Of a DNA stretch of 64,000 nt, positions 1 to 11,310 are shown in pieces (within the stretch, counting starts at the first letter, position 1; each line of letters begins with the position of its first letter). The DNA comes from the human T2T-CHM13v2.0 reference genome, Homo sapiens. The translations under genes were made by a program, and so were the position numbers. The DNA is taken from the NCBI RefSeq assembly GCF_009914755.1, contig NC_060926.1. One strand, written 5' to 3'. The notes under the pieces are model-generated. The model searched no databases. It was given only the letters and a program-made list of their open reading frames with translations, and was not told the DNA's origin.

Positions 1-261
1 GCACTTGAAATTTGCTCTCTTAACAAATTCCCAGTGTATAAGATAGTATTTTATTAACTATAGCCCTCATGCTATACATTAGATCTCCAGACTTCTTCAT
101 TCTACATAACTGCAACTTTGTATTACAACTTTAACCCTACATCATTTATGGCCTGGTAACCACTCTCCTACTCTCTACTTCTTTGTATTAGACCTTTGTA
201 GATTCCACATATAAGTGAGATTGTGAAGTATTTTTCTGTGTCTGGCTTATGTCACTTAGCA
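1..261 (-). mobile_element. L1M (L1MA/L1MB-type) 3' end, non-inverted part, running off the window start
   Basis: Reverse complement reads gctaagtgacataagccagacacagaaaaatacttcacaatctcacttatatgtggaatcta...gatctaatgtatagcatgagggctatagttaataa, typical L1MA 3' UTR; similar to 37308-37560 of this window. Confidence 0.85.
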
Positions 262-582
262 AATTGGTAGAGCCATTATAGAAAATAGTACAGCGGTTCC
301 TCAAAAAATTAAAAGTAATCCTTTTTCTGGGCATATATCCAAAGAAAACAAAATAATTATTGTACTTTCAAGAGGCAATTTATGCACTCATGTTTATTGC
401 AGCATTATTCAAAATTGCCAAGACATAAAAATAACTTGTTTTCATCCATCAATGAATGGATAAAGGAACTGTGGTGTGTGTATGTGTATGTGTGTGTATT
501 TAAAAATTGTATATTATCCAGCCTTAGAGAAAAGGAAATTCTGCCATTTGCAACAAAATGGATGAAACTAGAAGACACTGTT
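262..582 (+). mobile_element. Inverted 5' segment of the same L1 (ORF2 C-terminus/3' UTR start)
   Basis: aattggtagagccattatagaaaatagt...ctgccatttgcaacaaaatggatgaaactagaagacac; ORF 382..615 contains EILPFATKWMKLED, the L1 ORF2-end motif. Confidence 0.85.
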
Positions 583-3559
583 GACTTTAGATTTGATGGA
601 AAAAACATTGACTAAATGAGCAAAATGAGCAATGTGCCTTGTTCTTGAATAGCAAATCTTAATAGTTCCATAAGTTCAACAATATTTTATAAATTCTATA
701 CAGGCTTAAACACAACACAAGAACAATAAAAAATTTTAGGTGGAGTGATAAGAATTTGACAATATTGGTTCAAAGATTATCTAGAAAAAAATAACAGGTA
801 ACTGTGAAACTGAATAATCCTGATGCAGCATTTACCCTGAAAATATAAAATTAGCAGAAGAAAATATAATTATACCAAAATATTGGTCTCATCTTATGGG
901 ATAAATGTCATCAAAATGTTACAAAAGGCAGAAACTATAAACAAAGAAGGGGATAGTATTGACTTTTTTTTTTGTTTCGCTATTTTGCTAATATATTTAA
1001 AAACACTTGGTATTTTATTGACAACATGTTTGTATCTGTATTTTTGTGTGTATATATATTATATACATTTATGTATATGTGTATAGTCACAGTATCTGTA
1101 TTTTATACACGTTTTACAAGTCAATAAGAATATATGAAAACTTGGTTTAAATTAGGCAAGAAACAAAAATGCCTATTTGCTGTTCATGTATCTTTCATAG
1201 TAGGTAATAAATTTCCTTTTTGAAGTATCTTAATGTCATCTAGATCTGCGATCTCTCTATTCTTACAGAAAAAATAGTTTACAATACCTGAGAATTGCAT
1301 TTTAAAGAAAAAAATCAAATCATATTGATTTGTAAGCTATAATTTTCTAATTAACACAATTTTGGAGATTTTGGAGCCTAAAAATTTTTGCCATTCAATA
1401 TTTTAAAGAGTATTCCAAAGATACCCTCTATGTGTCAACTCATTTTTCAAAAACTTTAATGTTGGCTGCAATTCCAGCAGAGTTATTTTGAGTTGCTCAA
1501 GCTCAGCATTTTCATACCCTCTGTCTTTCAGACAACATACGTAATTTGTGTTTTAAATACCACAGGAGAAAAAATTATGAAAACTAGAACGAACTAATAT
1601 ATACAGAAATGCATTGTTAATTTTATCTACAAACAGGCCACTCCATCTGTTCAAACATAATGCTCCAAACCAAGGAATATGTTCCAAACCAAAGAGCATG
1701 ATATTTGACAGATGGAGAGGTCTGTAAGCCTGTCTGGAGCATGGAATACTATAGAGTTTGTCAGAGGGTCCAATTTTCCACACTAAATGAAATCTAATAG
1801 AAATTTCTCCCTAATAAACATCAAAATCAACACCAATTTTACCAATTGCTATGCACCATAGACCAAATCATTTTATCTATTTTCTTCCCCATACAAAAGA
1901 AACTTGTGTCTACTTTCTGAGTTGATTTTCTACTTTCATGGCTGTTTTCCTACATAAATAATTACAAATGTCAAAAATATTTCATATATAACAAAAGGCA
2001 AGAATGTGTCAACCCTAGGATGCTTACTCTAGCATAAAAATATCATATGAGTCCTATTTTTGGAACAATTAATTATTTAAAGATTGTGTCAACAGTATAA
2101 AAGATCTGGAAAAAGCCTAAGATAGGTTTTGATAAATATCTTCACTTTATTGAATTAAACCAAAACAAGATGTCTAATTGCCTTCCCTAAAAGCATGCAG
2201 CCAGTGTGAGGCTAAATAAGATTTCTATGCTCTTGTCTAGGGATCAGTTCTAAAATCCATCATTCTATTGTGTGATGAAGGACATGGGAGATTGTCTCAT
2301 TATTAAAATTTCAATGCAATTAAATTAGACAAAAACTTTGCTGAAAATGTCTGTGTTATACGGGTTGCTAGGAACTGGGAATACTATTTCAATTTCTACA
2401 AATTAGTTGTAGTCTTACCAAATAGAGCATGAGGTCATCCAGTGAGAAATGTGTAGACAAAATATATTAACATTGATGGGTGTGACATTAAATCTCAGTA
2501 ATTAAAGCGAGGACATAGTTCAGTATCTAATTTCAGTATTTCAAAACTCAGAGCCACTTAAGACTTTGCCTGTCAGTAAACTGGGCATAATTTAAACCTT
2601 GCTTCTAGCCCTGCTCAGTTCAAAACCTGGATAGTAATGACTTATGTCCTACCACCTAGGAGGATTTTTAGGGCGGCCAAGAGCAACCTTATAAGGAATT
2701 CAGAAATTTAGTCAAAATTTCCAGTGGGAAACCTTAGGGGGAGCCAACTTGTAGCTTCTTCAGAAGAACTTCATCATATATGAACTGCTGTTCTAAAGAT
2801 ACATCCTTTTACTCCACTTGAAAGAAATGGAATATTCAAGCAACTAGACTACAAATTTAAAGACTGAAGGACTTACTCTTCATTTCTTGGATATGAGAAC
2901 CTTCATATTATGTAAAATTCATGTAAAACCAGTACTTCATAGCCATACTTGAACTTGAGCTAACCAAATGGGCCTTCTTTCTCTAGCCATGAAATAAATA
3001 TTTCTAGATTTTTAAGTTGAATATTTCAGCCTTCAGTTGCTATATTATCATTTTGATGGTCATTTATTTCACCATATTATTCCTACATAAAATGCTCTAA
3101 ATATTCTATCTCTCAAATTTACATGACTCTATTTGATAGTATTTTGTGTTAACATATACATTCTAATGATATACTTCCAAAATGCGGTTCTAAACTTATT
3201 TCCCGATTATAGTAAGTGTTACTGACCCTGCATCTCTTCATACCAATAAAATTAATTGGGAGGGTGTTTTCAGTACCCGAGCAGCAGTTCAGATACTTCT
3301 TTGAATATCAGGGTAATTTCATCCCCTCTTTTTAGTACTTGCCTATTAATATGTCTCCACACCTTTTATCCCCATTTCCTTTTATTTTTCTTTTGATTTC
3401 TAACCTAGCATATGACTTGTAACACTGATAACTGCTGATGGCAGATAGTGTGTGTGTATGTGTGTGTGCACACGTGCATGTGTATTGAACTTTACCCATG
3501 AGTTTGAGAAAATAAAACATACTTAGAAAAAGAAGTTAAACCTCTCTAAGCATTAGAAA

Positions 3560-4490
3560 GTTCTTATTTTCATCTGTGACACCAGATTGCCCCTACGCAT
3601 TGCTCTTCTTCTAATTCCTACTTAACATATTCACTTTTCAATCTAATTAGCATTTTAGTGTTAATATATCCAAAATAAATTTTTGATTCCTCCATGCGAA
3701 TAAAAAACTTAATGATGTTTTTCATTATTTCCCACCTCAAAAATCATGGCAAAACCAATTTAATTTTATTTTAAAATAAAGAACCATCATTATTTATACT
3801 CTTATACTGTCCTTCACATTTGATTCATTGACAAATTCTCTCAGTTTCATTTTTGAAATACATTTCTAATCACTCCAAAATTATGTATCACCAAGGTCTA
3901 GATACAGGCAATGATTTTCTCTTTTGGGAGCTAATGTAACATAATTTTTCCATTGCTGAAACTACAGTCTATTTTCCATACTGTCCTCAGAATATTAGTT
4001 TATTGTATATCTTCTTTATTGCTTCTTTCAGCTTTTTCCTTCCTTTCCTTGTTTATTCATTACTTTTTCCTCCCTCCCTCCCTTTGTTCCTTCCTTTCTT
4101 CCCTCTTTCCTTCCTTCTTCCTTTCTTCTTTCCCTCCTTCTCCTCTCAAATGAATCAGATTGCAAGTCTCCTCTTCTTTAATCTTTTATATTAAGTTCCG
4201 TTATATGTACAGTAAAATCAAAATTCTACCATGGCCAACAATTTGACCCTACCTCACTCTCCAAGCTTAATCATGCACCAGTCTGTTCTTTCTCAATATA
4301 TTCCAGGTATAGCTCAGTTACATCTCAGAGTCTCTGCATTTACTCTTTACCTTGTAAAAATCTTCCTCAGGTTCTGAGCATGACACTCCCAATTATCATT
4401 CAGTTTTTCAAATGTTACCATCTCTAGAGAAAGTGCTTGCCTGGCCACTCTATTTACAATTCTGTACTGCTCCACACACCCACAATTACC
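3560..4490 (+). mobile_element. L2 (LINE2) degraded fragments interrupted by a CT-rich tract
   Basis: ttaatatatccaaaataaatttttgattcc and aatgttaccatctctagagaaagtgcttgcctggccactctattt resemble the L2 3' region. Confidence 0.55.
4030..4150. repeat. CT-rich low-complexity (polypyrimidine) tract
   Basis: ttcctccctccctccctttgttccttcctttcttccc... seen directly. Confidence 0.9.
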
Positions 4491-4494
4491 CTCA

Positions 4495-5222
4495 GTGATT
4501 GCTAATTTTATTGTCAACGTGACAACCACGGTGATATTTTCTGGTTGTGTTGCCACCCAAATCTCATCTTGCATTGTTGCTCCCATAATCCCCACATGTC
4601 ATGGGAGAAACCCAGTGGGAGGTAACTGAATCATGGGGGCGGGTTTTTCCCATGCTGTTCTCATGATAGTAAGTCTCGAGATATGGTGGGTTTATAAAGG
4701 GCATTCCCCTGCACATCTCTTTTGTCTGCCGCCATGTAAGACATGCCTATGTTCCTCCTTTGCCTTCTGCCATGATCGTGAGGCTTCCCCAGAGTCCATT
4801 AAACCTCTTTCCTTTATGAATTGCCCAGTCTTGGGTATGTCTTTATTAGCAGTGTGAGAACAGACGAATACACATGGGGGTACCCAGATATTTGGTTAAA
4901 TGTGATTCCTGGATGTGTTTATGAGGTTGTGTCTGGTTGAGATTAACATTTAAATTGATAAAGCAGATTGTCTTCCTTAATAGGGGTGGGCTTCATTCAT
5001 TCCATTGAAGGCCTGGAGAGAATAAAAGGCTGAGAAAGAAAGAATTCACTCTCTCTGCTTGTCTTTGAGTTGGGACATTGTTACTCTCTCCTTCAGACTC
5101 AGACTCTGACTGGAACTTGCATCATCAGCTCCTGCTTTTCAGGCCTTTGGATTCAAACAGGAACTATATCACTGGCTCTCCTCCGCCTAGACTTCTCAGT
5201 CTACATAATCACATGAGCCATC
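4495..5222 (+). mobile_element. MLT2 (ERVL) LTR split by a THE1 LTR, 3'-truncated
   Basis: gtgattgctaattttattgtcaacgtgacaaccacgg, resuming after the THE1 LTR as gggtacccagatatttggttaaa...aagcagattgtcttcc; similar to the MLT2 at 52769. Confidence 0.8.
4532..4872 (+). mobile_element. THE1 (MaLR) solo LTR
   Basis: tgatat...ccacccaaatctcatcttg...cagtgtgagaacagacgaataca; TG..CA ends; 5-bp TSD cacgg/catgg. Confidence 0.92.
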
Positions 5223-5568
5223 CCTTCACGTCAATCTCAGCTTTCCAGCATGCACCTCAAAACCCTCTTGGTCCCTACCCATTACTCAGTTTCAAAGCCA
5301 CTTCCACAATTTAGGTATTTGTTACAGTAGTGCCCCACCTCTCATTACCATAATCTTTATTAGTCTGCTTGAGCTACCAAAACAAAATAATATAGACTGG
5401 GTGGCCAAATAATAGACATTTATTTCTCACAGTTCCGGGGGCCATAAATCCAAGACAAAGTTGTCTGCAGTTTTGGTTCTTATTAAAAGCCCTCTTCCTG
5501 GCTCACTCTAATCGCCACCTTATCACTCTGTGGCATTTTTTTATGACAGCTAAAGTAGATGAATACAC
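5223..5568 (-). mobile_element. MaLR internal end plus MLT1/MST-type LTR fragment, followed by a short oppositely oriented LTR end
   Basis: tttcaaagccacttccacaatttaggtatttgttacagtagtgccccac then tattagtctgcttgagctacc...atttatttctcacagttccgggggcc. Confidence 0.7.
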
Positions 5569-5739
5569 TCTTTATCCCCTTTAAATAATGAAACATCTGA
5601 ATATTAATGGCATATATATATATATATAATTTGTCAGGAAACTTCTCCGTTTATATTCAAGCTAGTATTCACAGGTTCATTTATAGTTTCTGGCAGGTAG
5701 TCTTTTTCCAACCCAATGTTTTAATACAGTTCTAATATT

Positions 5740-7112
5740 AATCCTGCCCTCTTATTGTGGAGCCTATGACAAAAGTACAAATAAAAGCCTTCTTAATAAA
5801 TGCCCAAATATTTTAAAAGTATAAATCAAGAAAATCAAGCATTACATAAAATATGTTCTATATCCTGTTTCAAGAAATATAACTATATTATTCAGGCTTC
5901 TCCAAAGAAATAGAACAAATGGAATCTCTCCCCAGCAAGCTGGAAATTCAGGTAAAAGTTGATGTCTCAGTTTTAAGTCTGAAGGTTGAAAACTCAGGCC
6001 AAATTTCTATGTAGACATCTGGAGGCAGAATTCCTTCTTCTGCAGGAAACCTCGATATTTGCTCTTAAGGCTTTCAACTGATTGGATGAAGCCTATTTGA
6101 AGTCTGATCAAGAAAGTAGGTACCATATTTTAGCAATTAATATGCAAAACTAACCATTACAATAAACATTATTATTAACTACAGCATTAAAATATATAAA
6201 GTTTGTCTTCAATAAAACTACATAAAGGCAACACATCAAGGATGAATGAATTGAATTATTATCCTACACACCTGGATGTTATGTTGATGGGACAATGAGA
6301 TTTGGATGAGTATAGAAGACATGTAATTCATAAATATATTTTTGTAACAAAATATATTTGTATTGCCTTCTTTTTACAAAGTCATTATTTCTTATAAGAA
6401 ATAATTTCACATAATGTGTATTTTATTCAGTTATGATCTTAAATCATAAATGATAAATAATTGTATTTAAAGTATCCAAAATTTGGATATCAAATTTTAA
6501 AATTAAAGTATATATATTTTCTAAGCAGTTATTTTTCTTTAAATATTAAATGTTATTTATTAAATTTAAATTAATAAAATGTAAAATGTATTCAAATAAA
6601 TTTTATTTGTAAATTTAATTTAAAATTATGAAATATCTAAAAATGAATTTATTTACAATTCTACCATTAAATATTTTTCTATTTGGCAACATAATAATTG
6701 GTATCAGGCTTCATGTGTTACTTATAAATGTATGAATAAAATTTTAAGTTATATAAATAAATGTTTATCAATAGCCATGTAAAATGTTTATGAGTACTGT
6801 ACTAAGTGATTGCCTTGAAAATTAGCAGTGGGACTTATGGCATTCAGATACAGTCAACTTTTGTTTTGAGGACATTGCTCAAAGGACACAGAGAAGCATG
6901 TTCCTGGGTCCTGGCATGTGCAAGGTAGGCATGAGAGTAGATGTTTAAGGTCACAGGGTGCACTGTATCAGTATCATGCAGCAGATTCCAAGTGACAAAA
7001 GTGCACATGTGTATTTTTTAGATTATGTTTTGTGTGGTTTCAGTATTAGAGACTTACTGAAGGGCAGGGCCCAGAGAAGAATCCCTTCTTGTCATGTTCT
7101 AAGGCTAGCACA
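5740..7112. mobile_element. Zaphod-like hAT-Tip100 DNA transposon fossil, interrupted by MLT2
   Basis: caaaagtacaaataaaagcc...aaatattttaaaagtataaatcaag...taaaatatgttcta resembles the recalled Zaphod terminus; far end ttctaaggctagcac is TIR-like. Confidence 0.55.
5884..6161 (-). mobile_element. MLT2 LTR (internally deleted)
   Basis: tattattcaggcttctccaaagaaatagaac...aaggctttcaactgattggatgaagcc...aactaaccattaca; TSD-like ataac/ataaa. Confidence 0.8.
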
Positions 7113-7149
7113 TTCTAACTTCAATACTTATTGTATCTATCTTCTACAG

Positions 7150-7280
7150 AAAGTCACCTGAGTTCTCTGAACCTCTTTATCTGTGAAAGCATTATAAAAA
7201 TATGGGTCTTTCCTAACTACGAAGTTTGAGAGAATCAATGTTTGTGTACAATCTCTATGACACAAAAATGTTAGACATCG
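7150..7280 (+). mobile_element. MIR fragment
   Basis: aagtcacctgagttctctgaacctctttatctgtgaaa resembles the MIR core. Confidence 0.5.
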
Positions 7281-7329
7281 TTATTGATATTTCTTCATTT
7301 TTGCTGGATATTTTTCTCATGTTGTTGTC

Positions 7330-9649
7330 TGTAATAGGCATGATGGTGCTGCACAGGCTACACTTTAAGAAGGACTTTGTGTAGCAGTTGATAGAAGTAC
7401 TGTCAGTAGATAACCTTCAGCTGTCAGCCTCTTCAGGGTTATCTCATCTTCAGAGTGGCCTCACCTTTCCTGAGGCAGCCCACTTGATGAGCCCTGTTAG
7501 TAGCAGGATTCCTCATGGGGGCAGCAGAGGATCATGTAGGGACTCGTTTCAACTTGACTTCTCCCTATTTCCTTCCTCTATCCAAACTCCACTGAAGGAT
7601 TTGCTTCAGTGGAGTTTAATACCACAGTTGATGCTAAGAGAAGTCAGGTATATAGGTTAATAAGGTAATATTTGGCAGTAAGATCATGAACTATCATCTG
7701 GTGACATAGATTCTGTTTTACTGCTCAAAGCTCCTAGCAGAAAGGGATGGTGCAATTGGTTAACTTTCATGGGTGGAGCTTTAGGATGGTACACCAGTGG
7801 AAAGATAGTCAAGGTGGTACAATATATTAGGTATCTGAGAAACATAAAGTAAATAGTAACTTCAAGGACAATAAAATGCAGTGGCTACTACTAAGATCAA
7901 CAGATGCTAAAAAGTAAATAGGGAAACGCTGAGATCAATTAACAGGCAATCAAAAGTTAAGTGTGAAAGCCAGTGGTTTCATTAGTAGTAAATAAAGAGG
8001 CTCACATCTGATTTGAGTTGGGTGGGGGACTATGTTGAGAAGACTAGTTGAGAAAACTCATCCAAATAATAGCATCAATTACAACCATTCATGTGTCAGA
8101 CATTTTAGTCTTGCTACATAGGTCCTTTCCAAATGAAAGAGCTAGAAATGTGTTCTTGTAATAGGCATGTATTCCAGGTATGAATTTTCCTCTTCTGTTT
8201 GAAAGGCAGCAATTTCACAACTAGATGGCTTATGAAATGTCATAGGATCCAACATAACATTATGTCAGACCATGGAATCTCTATTAGAGAAGAGGAACTA
8301 CAGATGTGTGCTCATGTCTGTTAGTTCTATTGATTGATTGTATCACATTCTCCATCAACTAGGAGCTACTAACCAGCTAAAACAATGCAACAATCTGCTG
8401 TGGGCACAGCTGAAGCGCCACCTGGAAGAAGATACCTTGAGAGGATAACAAGGATGAGCCACAAGACACTATATTGTATATAAAGCATATAATTTTAATC
8501 AAATATTCCTACTTCCCCAGGAGTCTTGGGAATAGGAAATTTAACTACACTTACTATCACTCCCAGTGACCTTCTCAGGGGATCTGTGCTTCCTATTCCT
8601 ACAACTTTGGGCTCTACAATGTTAGAGGCCTGGGTCACTAAAGGCAGACCACCTTTTCCAGGAGACACAACAAGAACACTATTGAGCTACAGCCTATGCC
8701 TGCTGCAGGGGCACTTTGGGATCCTTCTGTCTGTGGTGCAGAAGATTAAAAAAGAGGAATCACCATATCGGTAAGAATAATTGAACCTGATTATCAGAAG
8801 GAGGAAGGGCTGCTTTCACAATGGAGGCGGGGAGAAATATGTTTTGAACCCAGGTGATCTGCTTGGATGTCTCTTGGTACTTATTTCCTTGAGCAAATGT
8901 AACTACAAATGAACAGGTACAGTACTCCTGGCCTGAGAAGAGGATGTTGACAAGGGACTTGGATCACTGATGGATAAGGATTTAGCTATGACAAGTAGAA
9001 GTGGTTGCCAAGGCTAAAGGTGATTTAGAACAAATAGTAAAGAGATGATGAGTATCAGTTGTGTTCCCAAGACCATCTCCAGTGGTTCTTCCCAATAATC
9101 TTATTGCTACTTGCCAATAATCTAACTCTTCTAACATTCTCCCAGAAAGACAGGTCTGCCAGAATTTTGTAAGAACCCTGAAAAAGCTGCTTTATAAAGG
9201 TATAAAAGGAGTTGAATCCATGAGGCACAAGGGATGGCAGTGATGGGCATGGAGCTCTGACACCCAGATCATCCGGGTAGGAAAGAAGAGTTTCTCCAGC
9301 CCTTGGGCATACTGTCAGCAGAGAAGTTTCGGCTGTCAGTTCTTGGGACTGCCTCAACTGCAGAGTGGCCTCACCCAAGGGTATGCCTGTCTTAGTGTAG
9401 CTCAAATCCAATGACCAAAGAAGGTAAGGATATCAAAGTCTGGCCATTTAGCTCAACACAGGATAATGCTGGGCCCATATTTAGCTCCAGAGTTTTCTGT
9501 CAGATCAGTGAACTTTTCCCACCACCCATCTTGCCTTTTGTACCCTCCCTTCCACATTGGTTCGTTCTAAGAACACCCCAATAAACATCCCTACACTAAA
9601 CTGTGTCTGTGTCTCAGAACCTACTTCCTGAATAACCCAATCTGCCACT
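7330..9649 (+). mobile_element. Internally deleted ERVL provirus with two LTR16-type LTRs (about 7330-7626 and 9241-9649)
   Basis: Both LTRs share ctgtcag..gctgtcag..cagagtggcctcacc; purine-rich PPT-like aagggatgg precedes the 3' LTR; aataaa in the 3' LTR; internal ERVL pol/dUTPase remnants. Confidence 0.8.
8526..8885 (+). pseudogene. Degraded ERVL dUTPase-like reading frame (frameshifted)
   Basis: ORF 8526..8774 LTITPSDL...PGDTT...GHFGILL; downstream DNA gives IEPDYQKE.GLL and NPGDLLGCLLVL, matching recalled HERV-L dUTPase motifs. Confidence 0.75.
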
Positions 9650-10787
9650 CTGTATTGATCTTAACATTGGCTTGAGTTTGCCTTTACCTATGCCCGAGGG
9701 CATGCGTAATCACTTTGTACTCTAACAGAAAAACAGTGTAGTTCTAAAGTCTCTTTGTTTCTTGATTGTACCCTTTCTGTATGCCTAACATTAGAATTAA
9801 TTCATCACACTTGTGTGAGCTGTGTCTGTTTTGAAGTCTTAGCCCTCTTTGCTTTTAATATCTAGCTTTGTTTGGAATTCATACTGCTTAATTTGCCTAT
9901 TTCTAGCCTACTATGGTGCTAATTTATTTTTGTCACTACAAAGCATAAGCCAGATGAATAGAGAGAACAACATCACCTAAAGGGAACACAACTCCAAGAA
10001 AAGTTTGGTAACAACTGTAATCACAGTCTATTGATTTAAATATCTCCAAAATAATTTTGACAGTTATTCAAGTAAATCCATTCTCCAGTAAACATTGAAT
10101 TTCTACTACAACTATTTTTATACATCTGAAAATAAGGTGTCATATATCCATGGTGAAAGGGGACTATATTGAGATATTTCTAACATTTAAAATTCTCATT
10201 CATTCGCAAGTAGTAAAACTCAAGACTCTGTCCCCTCTATGCTTATAACTAAGAACTTTGTTTAGATTTGCTGAAAACCTGGAGGTATGGTAAATTTTTT
10301 TTTATTAGAAATTCAGTTTAATGTGTCCTCAATGTGCCAAAGTTGCTATAGTTACTCTATATTTTTTAAATTTTTGAACAGTATGTGCCTAATTTGTAAT
10401 CCAGTACTAGCCTGTTTTACTTAAAGTAACTAATTTAGAATTTGCTTAACTGGATTATTTTGCACAGTAGAGTTATTGATTTTAGCTTGAGAGTTTTAGC
10501 CTCAACGTCTCACTCCCAAATTTTATATTTATTTTAAACATGTGCTTAGAATCCTCATCAACAATGTCTTCTATATCTACTTCACAAGCTTAGAAAGGTT
10601 TAAAAAAGTTAAAAAATTGAAAATACTTTGAAATCATAAATCTTTTTTACAGAATATTAATACTATTTGGCGATTGCCAAACAATTATTTAGTCAATGTT
10701 GAAAGTTTTACATTAAATACCTATCTATTAATAATTTGAATAATTTGTACTGAGCTCTTTTGAGATATATTCTATTCTGTGCAAACA

Positions 10788-10830
10788 TATTAGTATTACA
10801 GTTCTCCAGGAGAACAGAATAAATAAGATG

Positions 10831-10878
<48 letters not shown>

Positions 10879-11310
10879 CCTACCTACCTGCCTGTCTATC
10901 TATGATCTATCTATCTGTATCTATCTATCTATCTTCTGAGAGAGAAAGAGAGAATGAGGTTTATGTTAAAGAAGTAGTTCACAGTAATTGTGGAGGCTGG
11001 CAAATTCAAAGTCTGCAGGATAGGCCAGCAGGCCGGAGACCTAGGGAAGAGCTGGTAATGTTGAAGTCTGAAAACAGTCTACTGGAAGAATTTTCTCTTC
11101 GTTATGGGGGGTCAGCCTTTTTCTTAAGGCCTTCAGCTGATTGGATGAGGTCCACCCACATTATGGAAGGTAATCTCTTCGTTTATAGTCTATTAATTTA
11201 AATACCAATCTCATCTAAGAAATACCTTTACAGCAGAATCCAGATGTGTTTGATCAAATATAAGGATACCGTGACCTAGCTAAATTGACATATGTAAGAT
11301 TGACCATCAA
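10788..11310 (-). mobile_element. MLT2 LTR containing a TCTA microsatellite
   Basis: tattagtattacagttctccaggagaacagaa...aaggccttcagctgattggatgaggtccacccacattatggaagg...tgaccatcaa. Confidence 0.88.
10831..10932. repeat. Compound tetranucleotide STR (TCTA)12(CCTA)2(CCTG)2 plus degenerate TCTA
   Basis: Counted directly: 12 perfect TCTA units at 10831-10878. Confidence 0.95.
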
